Positions 24,467 through 37,582 of a DNA stretch of 64,000 nt are shown one piece after another. The notes beneath the pieces are model-generated. The model saw nothing but the letters and a program-made list of their open reading frames with translations, did not search any database and was not told the origin of the DNA. Numbering within the stretch: the stretch's first letter is position 1; each line of letters starts with the position of its first letter. Source of the DNA: Eledone cirrhosa (taxonomy: Eukaryota). Made by a program: the position numbers and the translations under genes. The stretch spans positions 77,996,001 through 78,060,000 of the forward strand of contig OZ024745.1 in NCBI GenBank assembly GCA_964016885.1, given 5' to 3'.

Positions 24467-26495
24467 CAGTTCAGTATTACTCGCAGTTCAGTATTAACCA
24501 CAGTTCAGTGTTAACCGCACTTCAGTATTAACCACAGTTCAGTATTAACCACAGTTCAGTATTAACCACATTTCAGTGTTAACCGCACTTCAGTATTAAG
24601 CACAGTTCAGTATTAAGCACAGTTCAGTATTAACCACAGTTCAGTGTTAACCGCAGTTCAGTATTAAGCACAGTTCAGTATTAACCACAGTTCAGTATTA
24701 ACCACAGTTCAGTATTAACAACAGTTCAGTATTAACCACAGTTCAGTGTTAACCGCACTTCAGTATTAAGCACAGTTCAGTATTAAGCACAGTTCAGTAT
24801 TAACCACAGTTCAGTGTTAACCGCAGTTCAGTATTAAGCACAGTTCAGTATTAACCACAGTTCAGTATTAACAACAGTTCAGTATTAAGCACAGTTCAGT
24901 ATTAACCACAGTTCAGTATTAACCACAGTTCAGTATTAACCACAGTTCAGTGTTAACCGCAGTTCAGTATTAACCACAGTTCAGTGTTAAACGCAGTTCA
25001 GTATTAAGCACAGTTCAGTATTAACCACAGTTCAGTATTAACCACAGTTCAGTATTAACCACAGTTCAATATTAACCACAGTTCAATATTAACCACAGTT
25101 CAGTGTTAACCACAGTTCAGTGTTAACCGCAGTTCAGTGTTAACCGCAGTTCAGTGTTAACCGCAGTTCAGTATAAGCACAGTTCAGTATTAACCACAGT
25201 TCAGTGTTAACCGCAGTTCAGTATTAACCACAGTTCAGTGTTAACCGCAGTTCAGTATTAACCACAGTTCAGTGTTAACCGCAGTTCAGTGTTAACCGCA
25301 GTTCAGTGTTAACCGCAGTTCAGTATTAACCATAGTTCAGTATTAACCGCAGTTCAGTATTAACCGCAGTTCAGTATTAACCACAGTTCAGTATTAACCG
25401 CAGCTCAGTATTAACCGCAGTTCAGTATTAACCGCAGTTCAGTATTAACCGCAGTTCAGTATTAACCACAGTTCAGTATAAACCACAGTTCAGTATTAAC
25501 CACAGTTCAGTATTTAACCGCAGTTCAGTATTAACCACAGTTCAGTATTAACCACAGCTCAGTATTAACCGTAATTCAGTATTAACCACAGTTCAATATT
25601 AACGACAGTTCGGTATTAACCGCAGTTAAGTATTAACTACAGTTCAGTATTAACCACAGTTCAGTATTAACCACAGTTCAGTATTAACCGCAGTTCAGTA
25701 TTTAACCGCAGTTCAGTATTAACCACAGTTCAGTATTAACCACAGTTCAGTATTAACCGCAGTTCAGTATTTAACCGCAGTTCAGTATTAACCACATTTC
25801 AGTATTAACCACAGCTCAGTATTAACCGCAATTCAGTATTAACCACAGCTCAGTATTAACCAAAGTTCAGTATTAACCAAAGTTCAGTATTAACCAAAGT
25901 TCAGTATTAACCGCAGTTCAGTATTAACCACAGTTCAGTATTAACCACAGTTCAGTATAAACCACAGTTCAGTATTAACCACAATTCAGTATTTAACCGC
26001 AGTTCAGTATTAACCACAGTTCAGTATTAACCACAGCTCAGTATTAACCGTAATTCAGTATTAACCACAGTTCAGTATTAACGACAGTTCGGTATTAACC
26101 GCAGTTAAGTATTAACTACAGTTCAGTATTAACCACAGTTCAGTATTAAACACAGTTCAGTATTAACCACAGTTCAGTATTAACCACAGTTCAGTATTAA
26201 CCGCAGTTCAATATTTAACCGCAGTTCAGTATTAACCACAGTTCAGTATTAACCACAGTTCAGTATTAACCGCAGTTCAGTATTAAACACAGTTCAGTAT
26301 TAACCACAGTTCAGTATTAACCACAGCTCAGTATTAACCGCAATTCAGTATTAACCACAGTTCAGTATTAACCAAAGTTCAGTATTAACCGCAGTTAAAT
26401 ATTAACTACAGGTCAGTATTAACCGCAGTTCAGTATTAACCACAGTTCAGTATTAAGGACAGCTCAGTATTAACCACAGCTCAGTATTAACCGCA
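24467..26495. repeat. 17-bp tandem satellite (CAGTTCAGTATTAACC[A/G]), about 119 units
   Basis: Contiguous tandem units without unique spacers. Confidence 0.97.
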
Positions 26496-27139
26496 CACAG
26501 GTTTTAGAGAAAAAATAGAACTTTAACGCATATTGCATCCCAATGCTTGCTAATTCTTAATAATCTCTTTCGGGTTTGAGATTTACCAAAATGTTTGCAC
26601 AGACATGTTTGAAACTTTGCCATACATCTTTCTGAACCTAATCCAATTGACCTTCAAACCTCTCATCTCGTAATAATTTTCTGGGGGCGGGGGATCTCTT
26701 TAATCGTGTCGTCATTGATGCAGGGAAATATATTTCTTAAGTATTTGAATCTAGTTTGCACCTATCCGATAGATATTCCACTGATAATTTTGATACTGAA
26801 CATTTTCTAAAAGCAATTTAATGTTGTCATATAGCTCTTTCATGTTTGCAGCATGTGCAATAGTTAAAAATAGAATTTATTAGCGCTTTGAAAAGGTTTG
26901 AAATAAATTTTAGGGGATTAATAAACGCTCGCCACTGATACACGCAGAGTTCCGAGCAAAATCCCATGACTGAAATAACATCTTTACAAAGCACAATTTA
27001 TATTCAGCAGGAGGTTCAAGCAGGCCTCACCAGTTCTTGCTGACAAGGACCGAGTCTTCATCGGACACCGTCTTGATGGCAGCATGTTTAATCTTCGTCG
27101 ACTACAGGCCCAGACGAATACCCTGGAGCAATATATATG

Positions 27140-27207
<68 letters not shown>

Positions 27208-27326
27208 CCAATTATATATATACATACCAATTATAACACATATATGCCCTAGAAACGATCGTTAAATAGTGAACTTTTTTTGTTTAATATAAGGAATTGT
27301 TTGTTCATTATTTGTTTAATATTTTA

Positions 27327-27384
<58 letters not shown>

Positions 27385-27385
<1 letters not shown>

Positions 27386-27916
27386 TATAAAGTAAAGCAT
27401 GTCCATAGAATCGTTTGATAATATATATACATCATTTCTTCTCCCAATTAGCATAATTAACCGCACAAAAAATCAATTAGACCAGGCTATAAGATTAAAA
27501 GGCACCTATGAAGAAACAGTAAATAAATAAACGATAGTAGCGTACAGTGTCTAGCTACCATCGTGGCTCATTTGTTCAACACTGACAAAGGAACGCTGTA
27601 CTAGTTTCAAGCTTATTAGCTATCGTCAGCAACGTATACCTTCCTGCCAGATGATTGAACGTCTTAAAGTATATACTTTCAGACGTTCCTTTGTCAGTGT
27701 TGAACAAACGAGCAACGATGGTTGCTAGACATTGTACGGCTTAATACGGGATGTTTCTTTACAAACACACCGAGCATTACAATAAATGTTCGGTGAATCC
27801 ATACGTACATATATATATGTGTGTGCATGTATGTATATATATATATATACATACTACTGTACGTCTGTATACATATATGTATGTACGTATACATACTTAT
27901 ATTTAAGTAACAGCCG

Positions 27917-27918
<2 letters not shown>
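27385..27918. mobile_element. Head-to-head HHR element (family also at 37057-37589), with (TA)n on both sides
   Basis: Inverted arms 27541-27595 and 27683-27739; 27684-27900 matches 37355-37589; 27390-27545 (minus) matches the 12-kb element repeat. Confidence 0.75.
27593..27635 (-). ncRNA. Minimal type I hammerhead ribozyme
   Basis: acgttg CTGACGA t agct aata agct t GAAA ctag TA cagcgt. Confidence 0.82.
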
Positions 27919-27956
<38 letters not shown>

Positions 27957-28042
27957 ATGTTAGGTAATTCCAAAGAAAAAGCAAAGGACAAAAGTGTGCT
28001 CTATGTATAAAACAGAGCTATTTAATTAGAAAGTATAACTAC

Positions 28043-28108
28043 TCCATTACCAAAGGTTTCAGGACCCTAGACAATATTAACATACGCCTAGTTCGCCCAT
28101 CAGACAGA
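28043..28108 (-). ncRNA. Hammerhead ribozyme variant (core CTGATGG) within inverted-repeat element 27960-28250
   Basis: tctgt CTGATGG ...tag-hairpin... GAAA cctttgg TA atgga; the 3' half is repeated inverted at 28160-28207. Confidence 0.55.
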
Positions 28109-28242
28109 CTGGTTATGAAATATATTAATAATATTCTGCAATGACCTTTTTAATAGTGTCGTATGTTAATACTGTCTACGTTCCTGAAACCTTTGGTAAT
28201 GGAGTAGTATGGTTCTTATATATTTGATATATATTTATCCTT

Positions 28243-28296
<54 letters not shown>

Positions 28297-28302
28297 ATCC
28301 TT

Positions 28303-28340
<38 letters not shown>

Positions 28341-28369
28341 CCTCTTTGAATTTTAGTCTTTACATTTAT

Positions 28370-28443
<74 letters not shown>

Positions 28444-28735
28444 ATATATATTAAATGCTGGAGAGAACAACAATGATTTTTGAATACATATATTTTTAAA
28501 GGCTGACAATTTGTTTCAAACACTAAACCATCAATATGCACGTTGATGGTATGGATACCGATCAAAAATCGATATCCGTGCAATGAAAATAAATGGTTGA
28601 TTTAGTGCCCTAATCAAAGCCAAAAGAAAGGATTATAGCATATTAACTCAAAAATAAAATCATATCACCGAAGTGAAGAACCTACAGTAAAGGTGGTATT
28701 TGGATAGTAAAAAACATATATATATATATATATTA

Positions 28736-29304
28736 AAATTTTAGTAAGTACGTTAATTTTATAATTTTCTTATTTTACGTCTCTCATATTATTGTTCTGC
28801 AACCCCATGCATTGAACCACAAATTTACTAAGACAAAACCTATATATTTGCTAGCATAAGTATGCATCTGTGTGTATATATATGTTACTAGATATACTAA
28901 TTCTTTATAATTATCTCCAAATTATTTGTCGAGTAAAATTGGCCAAGACTGCTGCTATGGTAACAGTCAGGCTGTTGTCTTCTTAACAAACCACTTTCCA
29001 CTGATTGACCTCGATGTCACGTGATTGATTCTTTTGAATTTGCCACCGACGCAGTAGGCAGTGATTTTCTCAATGGCGAGGAATTTAGTCCATGCTTTGC
29101 TTTTTTCTATCCACTGAATTATTTTTGTATAAGTTCCCAGTGTCCACGTATTGCCTGGAAACTTAGCTGAGAATAGACTTCCCTGATGACGAAAGGTTTC
29201 TCTGTACACTTCTTCGGAAAGTATGTTTATTCCCTTTCAGAAACTAACTAGTTGGGAGTGAAATTTTAGTAAGTAAGTTAATTTTATAATTTTCTTATTT
29301 TACG

Positions 29305-29312
<8 letters not shown>
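28736..29312 (+). mobile_element. Non-autonomous HHR element, 525-bp unit plus ~52-bp terminal redundancy, in (TA)n
   Basis: aaattttagtaagta..tacgtctctcatat occurs at 28736 and 29261; homologous to 37671-38890. Confidence 0.82.
29177..29259 (+). ncRNA. Type I hammerhead ribozyme with long stem II
   Basis: acttcc CTGATGA c gaaagg [..] cctttc a GAAA ctaactag TT gggagt. Confidence 0.75.
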
Positions 29313-29377
<65 letters not shown>

Positions 29378-29985
29378 GTGGGGGGTAACCAGTTGGTGCG
29401 TAATGTTAATTATTACAAGTGGTACCTGGTCTTTAGCATCCAATGCTTTTATGTATAAGGTAAAAAGTGTCCCATATATAAGCGCTGTGGAATGAACAAG
29501 AAAATCATGGTCGCTACATAAGGAACTTTTATTAAGAAAATAGCTTATTTCGAAGTTATTGTCGATAAGGCAGGAAAACAACAAAGAACCTTGTGAATTG
29601 CGTGTTATGTTGGTTTGCGTGAAGGTAGTAGTAATCTGACCAGATACATGAACTCACCTTTATCGAAGTTGACGAATCCTACCGACTGGATTAGAGTGTT
29701 TGTCTAAACGCTACATCTCTCTATTCCTTGAACAACTCGAAGTGATCCTTCTTTTCCGAGAAACCAAGATGGAATGACTTGGAGAAAAAGTTATCTCATT
29801 TAATCACAGGCCTTCCAGCCTTTCCAGACCACTGGCGCCAACCCGAGATAAAGAGAAACAGTTTTTGGTGGCCGCTTAACAGACCGAATGAAACAGTATT
29901 GCAAAGAGTATCAAATTACTGCTACATATGTATGCAAGTTTATATATATATATATATTTATGTAATAAACAACATAAGGCAATTA

Positions 29986-30046
29986 TTTCATTTACCAGTC
30001 GTTTCTTAAAAGCAAAAAAAATTTGCTTTCAATCATCAGAATGAAA
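29986..30046 (-). ncRNA. Type I hammerhead ribozyme (mirror copy)
   Basis: Reverse complement of 30105-30165 with small changes. Confidence 0.75.
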
Positions 30047-30104
30047 AAATCATGGTGTATTTATTGGCGTTTAAAATCCAACGCCAATAAATACACCAGG
30101 ATTT

Positions 30105-30165
30105 TTTCATTCTGATGATTGAAAGCAAAATTGTTTTGCTTTTAAGAAACCACTGGTAAATGAAA
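30105..30165 (+). ncRNA. Type I hammerhead ribozyme
   Basis: tttcatt CTGATGA ttgaaagcaaaa ttg ttttgcttttaa GAAA ccactgg TA aatgaaa; all three stems pair. Confidence 0.88.
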
Positions 30166-30261
30166 TAATTGCCTTATGTTGTTTATTACATAACTATTAA
30201 GCTCTGTTACCTACATAGAGCACTCTTTTTTCCTGGACTTTTCCGACGGAATTACTTCATT

Positions 30262-30356
<95 letters not shown>

Positions 30357-30364
30357 ATATACAT

Positions 30365-31126
30365 AGTTTTGGTGACAAATACAGTGAAGGAGGCAGAGGA
30401 TTTGATGCGGGAGGTTGAGACTGTGTCGATGAGTGTGGGGCTGAGAATGATTGAGACTAAAACAAAATATCTGGTAGATAATGTTGAGAAGCCAGAGGGG
30501 ATCACTAATGTAGGCGGGAAGCCGCTAGAATTGGTTGAGGGCTTCCTGTATTTGGGAGCAAAGATTGGGAATACGGAGGATGGTGTGGTTGAGAGGAAGA
30601 GCAAAGCCTGGACGGCGTGCCACAGCCTGAGATCGGTGTGGAAGTCGGACCTTCGTAAAGACCTGAAAATCCGCCTCTTCGTTGCTGTAGTGGAGTCTGC
30701 GTTGCTGTAGTGTCTGAGACTTGGACACTGACCAAGAAACTCACTCAGATGGTGGATGGGTGCTACACGAGAATGCTGAGGATGGCTCTGAACATTAATC
30801 AGTATACACTGAGGATTAAAAACTCAGAGCTGTATGGGGGCATCCCAAAAGTCAGCTCAAAATTGACACAGAGGAGACTGAGGTTAGCTGGACATGCTGA
30901 CCGACATCCAGAGTTGACATTGCACTCAGTGCTCCTTTGGGTGCCCCTACATGGACACACTGGAAGACGAAGACCAAGGTTAAGGTATGTTGATGCCCTA
31001 AGGACAGACACTGGTCTGCTGGAGACGCAGGACATGGCAGCGATAATGAGGGGCAGAGACCGCTGGAGAGAACTCGTCCATGGATCTCGGGAATTCTACC
31101 CGCCATAGATAGATAGATAGATAGAT
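30365..31126 (+). mobile_element. 5'-truncated RTE-clade LINE (end of RT and C-terminus) with (TAGA)n tail
   Basis: VGLRMIETKTKY, FLYLG, LKIRLF..VESALL*, SETWTLTK..DGCYTRMLR, RRLRLAGH, GRRRPRLRYVD; stop at 31108 followed by TAGA repeats. Confidence 0.85.
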
Positions 31127-31171
31127 ATATGTGTGTGTGTGTATGTGTGCGTGTGTGTGTGAATGTGTGTA

Positions 31172-31253
<82 letters not shown>

Positions 31254-32547
31254 GTTTGTTTTCTTCTTATCCGAACTTTCCCAAAGAAGCACTTCTGTCT
31301 GAAACGTTGAAACCTCTTCCACTTCCTCCAGGCGTGAATCTAATGTAACTGTAATTTTGCCGCCTTTGTTTTGTTTGTTTCATTTATTAACTATATATAT
31401 ATGTACAAATCTTCAATTATAATTATATGAACTTGACATAACATTGTCTTTTACTAATGATAAATGAGCAAAAAATCAATATTCACAAGAAAACTAAGCC
31501 TGAAAGACAAATATTATTTCACATTTTCATTCGACATACAAACGCACACGTAGAATTCAAAACACCTGGGACAAAATTCTTGTTGTGAGTGTAATTAGAC
31601 ATTGATAATGTGATTAGTGATAGAACTTCTTTGTTGTTAAATCCATTTATAATTAATTATAGGGATAATGAGAAGTAATGTGATCGTTGAAAGTAAATGT
31701 GACAAGCCACTTTGAGAAAGCCAAATAGTTTTTACATACTCAATTAATCAAGTAAGCTTCTATGCCGGCACTCGATATTCTACGAATAGCAACAGCACTT
31801 CATTCAAATCACTCTTTCCCTTCTTTTAAATTGGATAAATTAGCCTAAAAAGGCTGAATTTTCATGAATGGTATGCCTTTAATAATGTCTCCTTGATCAC
31901 GGGTGATACATGACTGAAAAACAAACAAACCAGGATCTATAATAACCAGGTCCACCTAGCAACGAAATTCTTTGGAATTATCTCCCTACGAAATACAAAT
32001 ACAAAATGAGAACCACATATGACAATACTTAAAACATATAATAATGGAAGCAATGAGGGAGCCTCTAGGTAATTGTTAGATCTAACATAAATATCAACCA
32101 AATCTCCCTCATATCACACCCTACTGAACCTTCCTAAATACAAGAAGAGCATATTAGTTGAGGGAGTCCTAGATACTACTGAAAAGGTGGGATGGTTACG
32201 GTTAAAATGACTTTGACCAGACGTTTCCTCACAAAGGCTCAAAAACAAGTTATCAACACCAATAACAGCAGCAATATCATCACAGGCCAATGAAGTATAG
32301 TCGCAGATAGAATGTAAACACCGTCGAGGAATAAATTTCGTATTTAATAGGAAATAAATACTTTGAGGAAACAGAAAGCCTTAAACCATGTAACTTGAAC
32401 ATGTTACACAATTTTGATTTGGTTTCTTTTAATTTGGTTATTTGGTTAAGTGTGGCTGAGTTAAAATTTTCAATTTTATGAAATGTTTTCAACCATTCTT
32501 TTGTTGCTTTTTTTTTCCAGTGCAATTAGGTTGCTATCTACGTTTTA

Positions 32548-32650
<103 letters not shown>

Positions 32651-32651
32651 T

Positions 32652-32683
<32 letters not shown>

Positions 32684-32688
32684 CACAG

Positions 32689-32732
<44 letters not shown>

Positions 32733-32871
32733 ATACTTTGGGAGGGTCATGTTGCCAATAAGGAACACACGCACCAGTTGCTTTCACTTCAATTTATTAT
32801 AAATTTATAAATTTAGGAATTTATAAATTTCTGGTTGGTTGGTTCCACAACCAGATAGTTGTTTATATATT

Positions 32872-32914
32872 GTCAAAGTTCTTTCGTCACACATTCTGTG
32901 ACCATTTCAGTGAC
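32872..32914 (-). ncRNA. Minimal hammerhead ribozyme in PLE-2 3' pLTR (core mutated)
   Basis: gtca CTGAAAT g gtcaca gaatg tgtgac GAAA gaac TT tgac. Confidence 0.55.
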
Positions 32915-33116
32915 TGGAGATTCTTTTCTTTGTTTTTTGTGCCTCTCCTTTGTTCTGTCCTACGCCATTTTGTTTCTGTGTGTGTTTTGTGTGCTCAGTC
33001 TGCGCATGCGCCACATCTGGGTGTCTGTGTGTGTTTATATTTGTTTATTTATTTGTTTATTTACATGTTACCGGTTGGTTGTTTGTTCTATGTGTGTGTG
33101 TGTTTTCATTTTGTCC

Positions 33117-36100
33117 TTAATTGTAAGTTGTGATGTTGCTGTTCCACTCATATTTTCTATTTAATTTTGGTTGTAATTCTTTTATGTTTATTGCCTCTGT
33201 GATTTGTCTAAACATTGCGTCTTTTCTGTGTGTAGATTCTATTTTTATTTCTATGTTCTCTAATTTACCCTTATGTTCTATTTTAGCATGTTGGTAGAGT
33301 ACAGATGATTCTTTACTATCTTGAAGGTCTCGCCAGTGTTCATTTATCCGTTCCCCTACACTACGAACTGTCTCACCTATGTACACTATATTTTTATCTC
33401 TACATTGTCCTTCAGTACATCTTATGCTATACACTACATTTCTAGTTTTACAGTTAATATGGGGCTTATTTTACAGGTTATACATTTCTTATCTATACAG
33501 GGGGTCTTTGGAAAGGGTATGTCTTGCTAATAAGTGTTTTTACGGAGGTACCTGGTCTTTCTACTATCTTAATATTGAGTTTATGTTTATCTAGGGCCCT
33601 TCTAAATTTGTAAGCTAATTCACCTCTAGGGGTTGTATCGATGAACATTACACTCTGGTATTTATTGCTATCATACCATGAGTTTATTCTATTAGCCTTA
33701 TTCCTAGTTCTTTCTATTCTATTCCAAAATTTGCTCCTATACAAGGGGCAGGTCCCATTTGTGTCATTATTTACCATTTTTTCCCATTTGGTTCTGGCTC
33801 CTCTATACACTCTGATTCTATCTCTCTGATTGTAACCAGAGAACTGCATACGGTAGATGAAGTGTTGTATGTGTCTCTCTAGTTCTTCGGGGTTACACAT
33901 GCGGGACACGTTTCTCATCACCCGTACCAGATCCGCAATCAGTATGTTGATTTTGGTATGGTCCGAAACAGCCGAGTTTCGGTGGATCAAATGTTTGGAA
34001 GTCATGGGTTTGGCATAATGGGAATGGAGGATTTGTTTTTTGTTATTAATGGTATCTAACCAGAGCTCTGTGTCTAGTACAGGTAATCGATGGTTGGGGT
34101 GTTTACTTGGGTAGTCTCTAGTAACTCTAATACTCTGGTGGATGGAGTTAGCTATTTGCTGGATGCTTTCCATTGTGTTTTTCTCTAATTCCTGACTGTT
34201 CTCTAGTGGGGGTGTCTTAACTATGATGTTTATATCGTCAACGTAGCGGGAGTAGATTATCAGGGTTAAGGGGTCTTCTAATTGTTCTTTAAGTTTAAGT
34301 TTAAGTCTACTGTCCCACCATACCATGAATAAGTTAGCTATGTCGGCTGCAATGCTAACACCAATGGCTGCTCCTTCCTCTTGGGCATATGTTTTTCCAT
34401 TAAATTTGAACATATGTTCCTTAAGGGTTAGTTTTATGCTGGCCCCTACCGCATGTGCAATCATTTTCTTCAGCTCATCGTGGTTTTCGGGTGTCCGTAT
34501 GGCTCTGGTCCACCCGTTCCATCTATCTGTGTGGGTTTTCTTGGCCATTGAGGTAATGGTAGGTGATCTGCCTCTTGCTGGTCTTGTAGGGCACAGGTTG
34601 CTAAGGTCATATGTGTCTAGGTAATTATTACTATAGGTAAGTTTAAGTAGGAGTCCCAACTCACTGGTATCAATCCCACGGAACTCAACATTGCTCTCAC
34701 CGATCATTTCTACGCATTTCTCCACAGCAAAATCCACGTCAATAGATGGATACAGGGACACAACATCCATACTACCTATTATGCAGTTTGTTAGGTCCCT
34801 AGATCGGTTACTCTCGCCGATTCCGCTGAGGAGGTCCTCCGTGCTGTCACATACATCTGGGGACATTTCAATGATGGGGCGTATGATCAGGGAGAGGAAG
34901 TAGGACAGTCTGTAGTTACTAGCAATGTTAGCCCCACAGACTGGCCGTGTTGGTGGTCCCGTGACAGGGTCACTGCCCGTTTTATGGTCTTTTCGAAGCC
35001 CATACAACGCCGGCACGTCATTGTTCCAGGCCTGAAAGTTGTTGGCAGTCCTTTTTGGGGGCTGTATTATATTCGTCCACATCACCATATGAGCATTGAG
35101 GGCTTTATCTCCATCCTCATGCTCCTGTGGTGTTACCTCTCTTGTGTTAGTGATGTGGGGTTGCATTACCTGGATGTAGTTTGGCAGGCTGTCAACCGAC
35201 ATTCTGCCAGACTTGTCTGTTGGAAAGCATGCTATCTCTCCATTACGCGAGCGCTGCATGAGCTTACGCAAGCCATTTGCAGATTTTTCTCCCAGTTGCT
35301 GGGCCTCCATTCTATTATGCTTCTTGCTATACTGTTCTATAATATTTCTAAGTTCGGATTTAGCTATACTAAATTGTACTTCTATTTGTTCATCGACCTG
35401 CGACGGCAATTGCGTGCGTTTGTTAAATGGTAAAGTCGTGGCGTGGACTCGTCGTAGGTCGAACGACTTATCGGAGGGATTATAAAAAGTAGAGTTCCAG
35501 GCTGCTGCTTTATGTGTACTCGTGCTATTGTTATTGTTAGTTGTGTTGTTTCTATTTCTATTTCCACCAACAGCCTCGTGGTTGTTTCTATGTCTCTCAT
35601 AATTACTCCTGTCTCTTTCCACTGGCTCATTGTTATTATCTACTCTATTTTGTGTGTCTGTGTGTTCGTCTTGGTTATTTTCTTTGTCCATAGTCTCCCT
35701 TCTCCTTTTAATCCTATTACTTTCCCTTATTTCTGTGATTTCTGTGCTACTGTCATTACTTGTTTTCTGTGTCTGTGTGTTTGTTAAGATTGTGGTGGTG
35801 GTGAGAGGCATTGAATGTGTGTGTGTTGTTGTTGTTGATGTGTGCTGTTGTTGATGTGTGTTGTTGTTGCCTCCGTGTGTGTTATTATTGTTGTGTGTGT
35901 TGTTATTGTTGTTTGTGTCTGCGTGTCTGTTGTTGTTGTTTCTGGGTATGTTATTATTGTTGGTGTGTGTGCTGTTGTTATTGTTGTTTGTGTCTGTGTG
36001 TCTGTTGTTGTTGGGATGTGTGTTGTATATGTGTGTGCGTATATTGTTACTTTTGTTTTTGTTTTTGTTTTTGAGGCTCCAACGTAATTTTGTAAATGAT

Positions 36101-36760
36101 TTTTCTATTTCTGACAGACAACTAATCATATTTACCTTCTTGAATGTCGCAAATTTCGGTGGTAGAAGTAATACAGATAACTGATCGTCATCTATTGCCG
36201 TGTTGCCGTATATATTTGTGTTGTTGTTGTTGTTGAAGTCATCTGTTAATGAGGTGTCGGCCATATTTATACCGTCAATTTTGTCGGGATATCTATTGGT
36301 ATTCTCTACAGTATCCTGATTTAGTTTTATCTGCTAAAGCCACTTTCTTGAGCAATGTACTGTTCTTCAGGACGTATAAGGCTTATAAATATTAGTTTCT
36401 CTCTTGGTGTGGTGATCCTAGCTATTTCTTGTATGAGGTTACGCTTATGTTTTTCTTGATGACTTAATTCTCTATAGATCTTCTTTTTTATGTTTAGAAT
36501 TAGTGTTCGTTTTAGGCTATCTGCTTGTTTTTTTGGTGAGTTGTAATCCTCTTACGTCGGTGTTGGTGTAAACTCGGGACGAGGCACATTCTTTTATGAA
36601 GTGTAGTTGTCGAGATGTTATGGTTTTTCGTAGACAACAGAACATGGTGGTTTTCAGTATCTTGTTAGCTTACGATATTTCGTTTCTGAATTTGTTTAGC
36701 AGGATTCTTTATCTGAAATCGTGTGTTGAAACCGATATTGTTATACTTTGGGAGGGTCAT
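33117..36760 (-). pseudogene. PLE-2 RT/GIY-YIG ORF; 923-aa open core (33493-36264), frameshifted EN (33117-33490) and disrupted N-terminus starting MTLPKYNN at 36760
   Basis: LYGLRKDHK, MDVVSLYPSI, YSRYVDD; CIDKKCITC linker; VYSIRCTEGQC..YIGETVRS..RINEH..LYQH..RQITEA. Clearly homologous to PLE-1. Confidence 0.88.
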
Positions 36761-36872
36761 GTTGCCAATAAGAAACACACGCACCAGTTGCTTTCACTTC
36801 AATTTATTATAATAAATTTATAAATTTCTGGTTGGTTGGTTGGTTCCACAACCAGATAGTTGTTTATATATT

Positions 36873-36915
36873 GTCAAAGTTCTTTCGACACACATTCTGT
36901 GACCTCTTCAGTGAC
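36873..36915 (-). ncRNA. Minimal hammerhead ribozyme in PLE-2 5' pLTR
   Basis: gtca CTGAAGA g gtcaca gaatg tgtgtc GAAA gaac TT tgac; intact core. Confidence 0.75.
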
Positions 36916-37069
36916 TGGGGATTCTTTTCTTTGTTTTTTTTTACCATTACCTCAATGGCCAAGAAAACCCGGATGTGGCGCATGTGCAGACTGAGCTCAC
37001 AACACACACACAGAAACAAAATGGCGTAGGACAGAACAAAGGAGAGGCACAAAAAACACTGACAAAGGA

Positions 37070-37112
37070 ACGCTGTACTAGTTTCAAGCTTATTAGCTAT
37101 CGTCAGCAACGT
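37070..37112 (-). ncRNA. Minimal type I hammerhead ribozyme
   Basis: Same motif as 27593-27635. Confidence 0.82.
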
Positions 37113-37314
37113 ATACCTTCCTACCAGATTGTTGAACGTATATACTAACCTTATGCATATTAACGGCTGAGTAGCCCAATTTGCATAACGAGTGGGTTAA
37201 TCGGCCGGGTGCACCAAAAACGATAAACGGAAAAAATGAAACGAAATTTCATTTCCCACTCTTAGTACGGCTGTTACTTAAATATAAGTATTCAACAATC
37301 TGGTAGGAAGGTAT

Positions 37315-37357
37315 ACGTTGCTGACGATAGCTAATAAGCTTGAAACTAGTACAGCGT
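37315..37357 (+). ncRNA. Minimal type I hammerhead ribozyme
   Basis: acgttgCTGACGAtagctaataagcttGAAActagTAcagcgt. Confidence 0.85.
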
Positions 37358-37582
37358 TCCTTTGTCAGTGTTGAACAAACGAGCAACGATGGTTGCTAGA
37401 CACTACGGCTTAATACGGGATGTTTGTTTACAAACAGACCGAGCATTATAATAAATGTTCGGTGAATCCATACGTACATATATATATATGTGTGCATGTA
37501 TGTATGTATGTATATATATATATATATATATATATACATACTACTGTACGTCTGCATACATATATGTATGTACGTGTACATA

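Larger units (their letters stand above)
29959..30260. mobile_element. Palindromic HHR element (arms ~112 bp, 29959-30071 / 30080-30193) with 3' extension
   Basis: Near-perfect inverted repeat with a few mismatches, one HHR per arm, microsatellite flanks. Confidence 0.8.
32725..36943 (-). mobile_element. Penelope-like retroelement PLE-2, essentially full length, with 3' pLTR (32725-33116) and partial direct 5' pLTR (36735-36943)
   Basis: 32725-32937 is repeated at 36735-36940; RT and GIY-YIG ORFs lie between; 3' end in (TA)n. Confidence 0.92.

Noticed and set aside
24467-26495. CRISPR-like array
   Set aside because: Units are contiguous with no unique spacers, there are no cas genes, and the context is eukaryotic.
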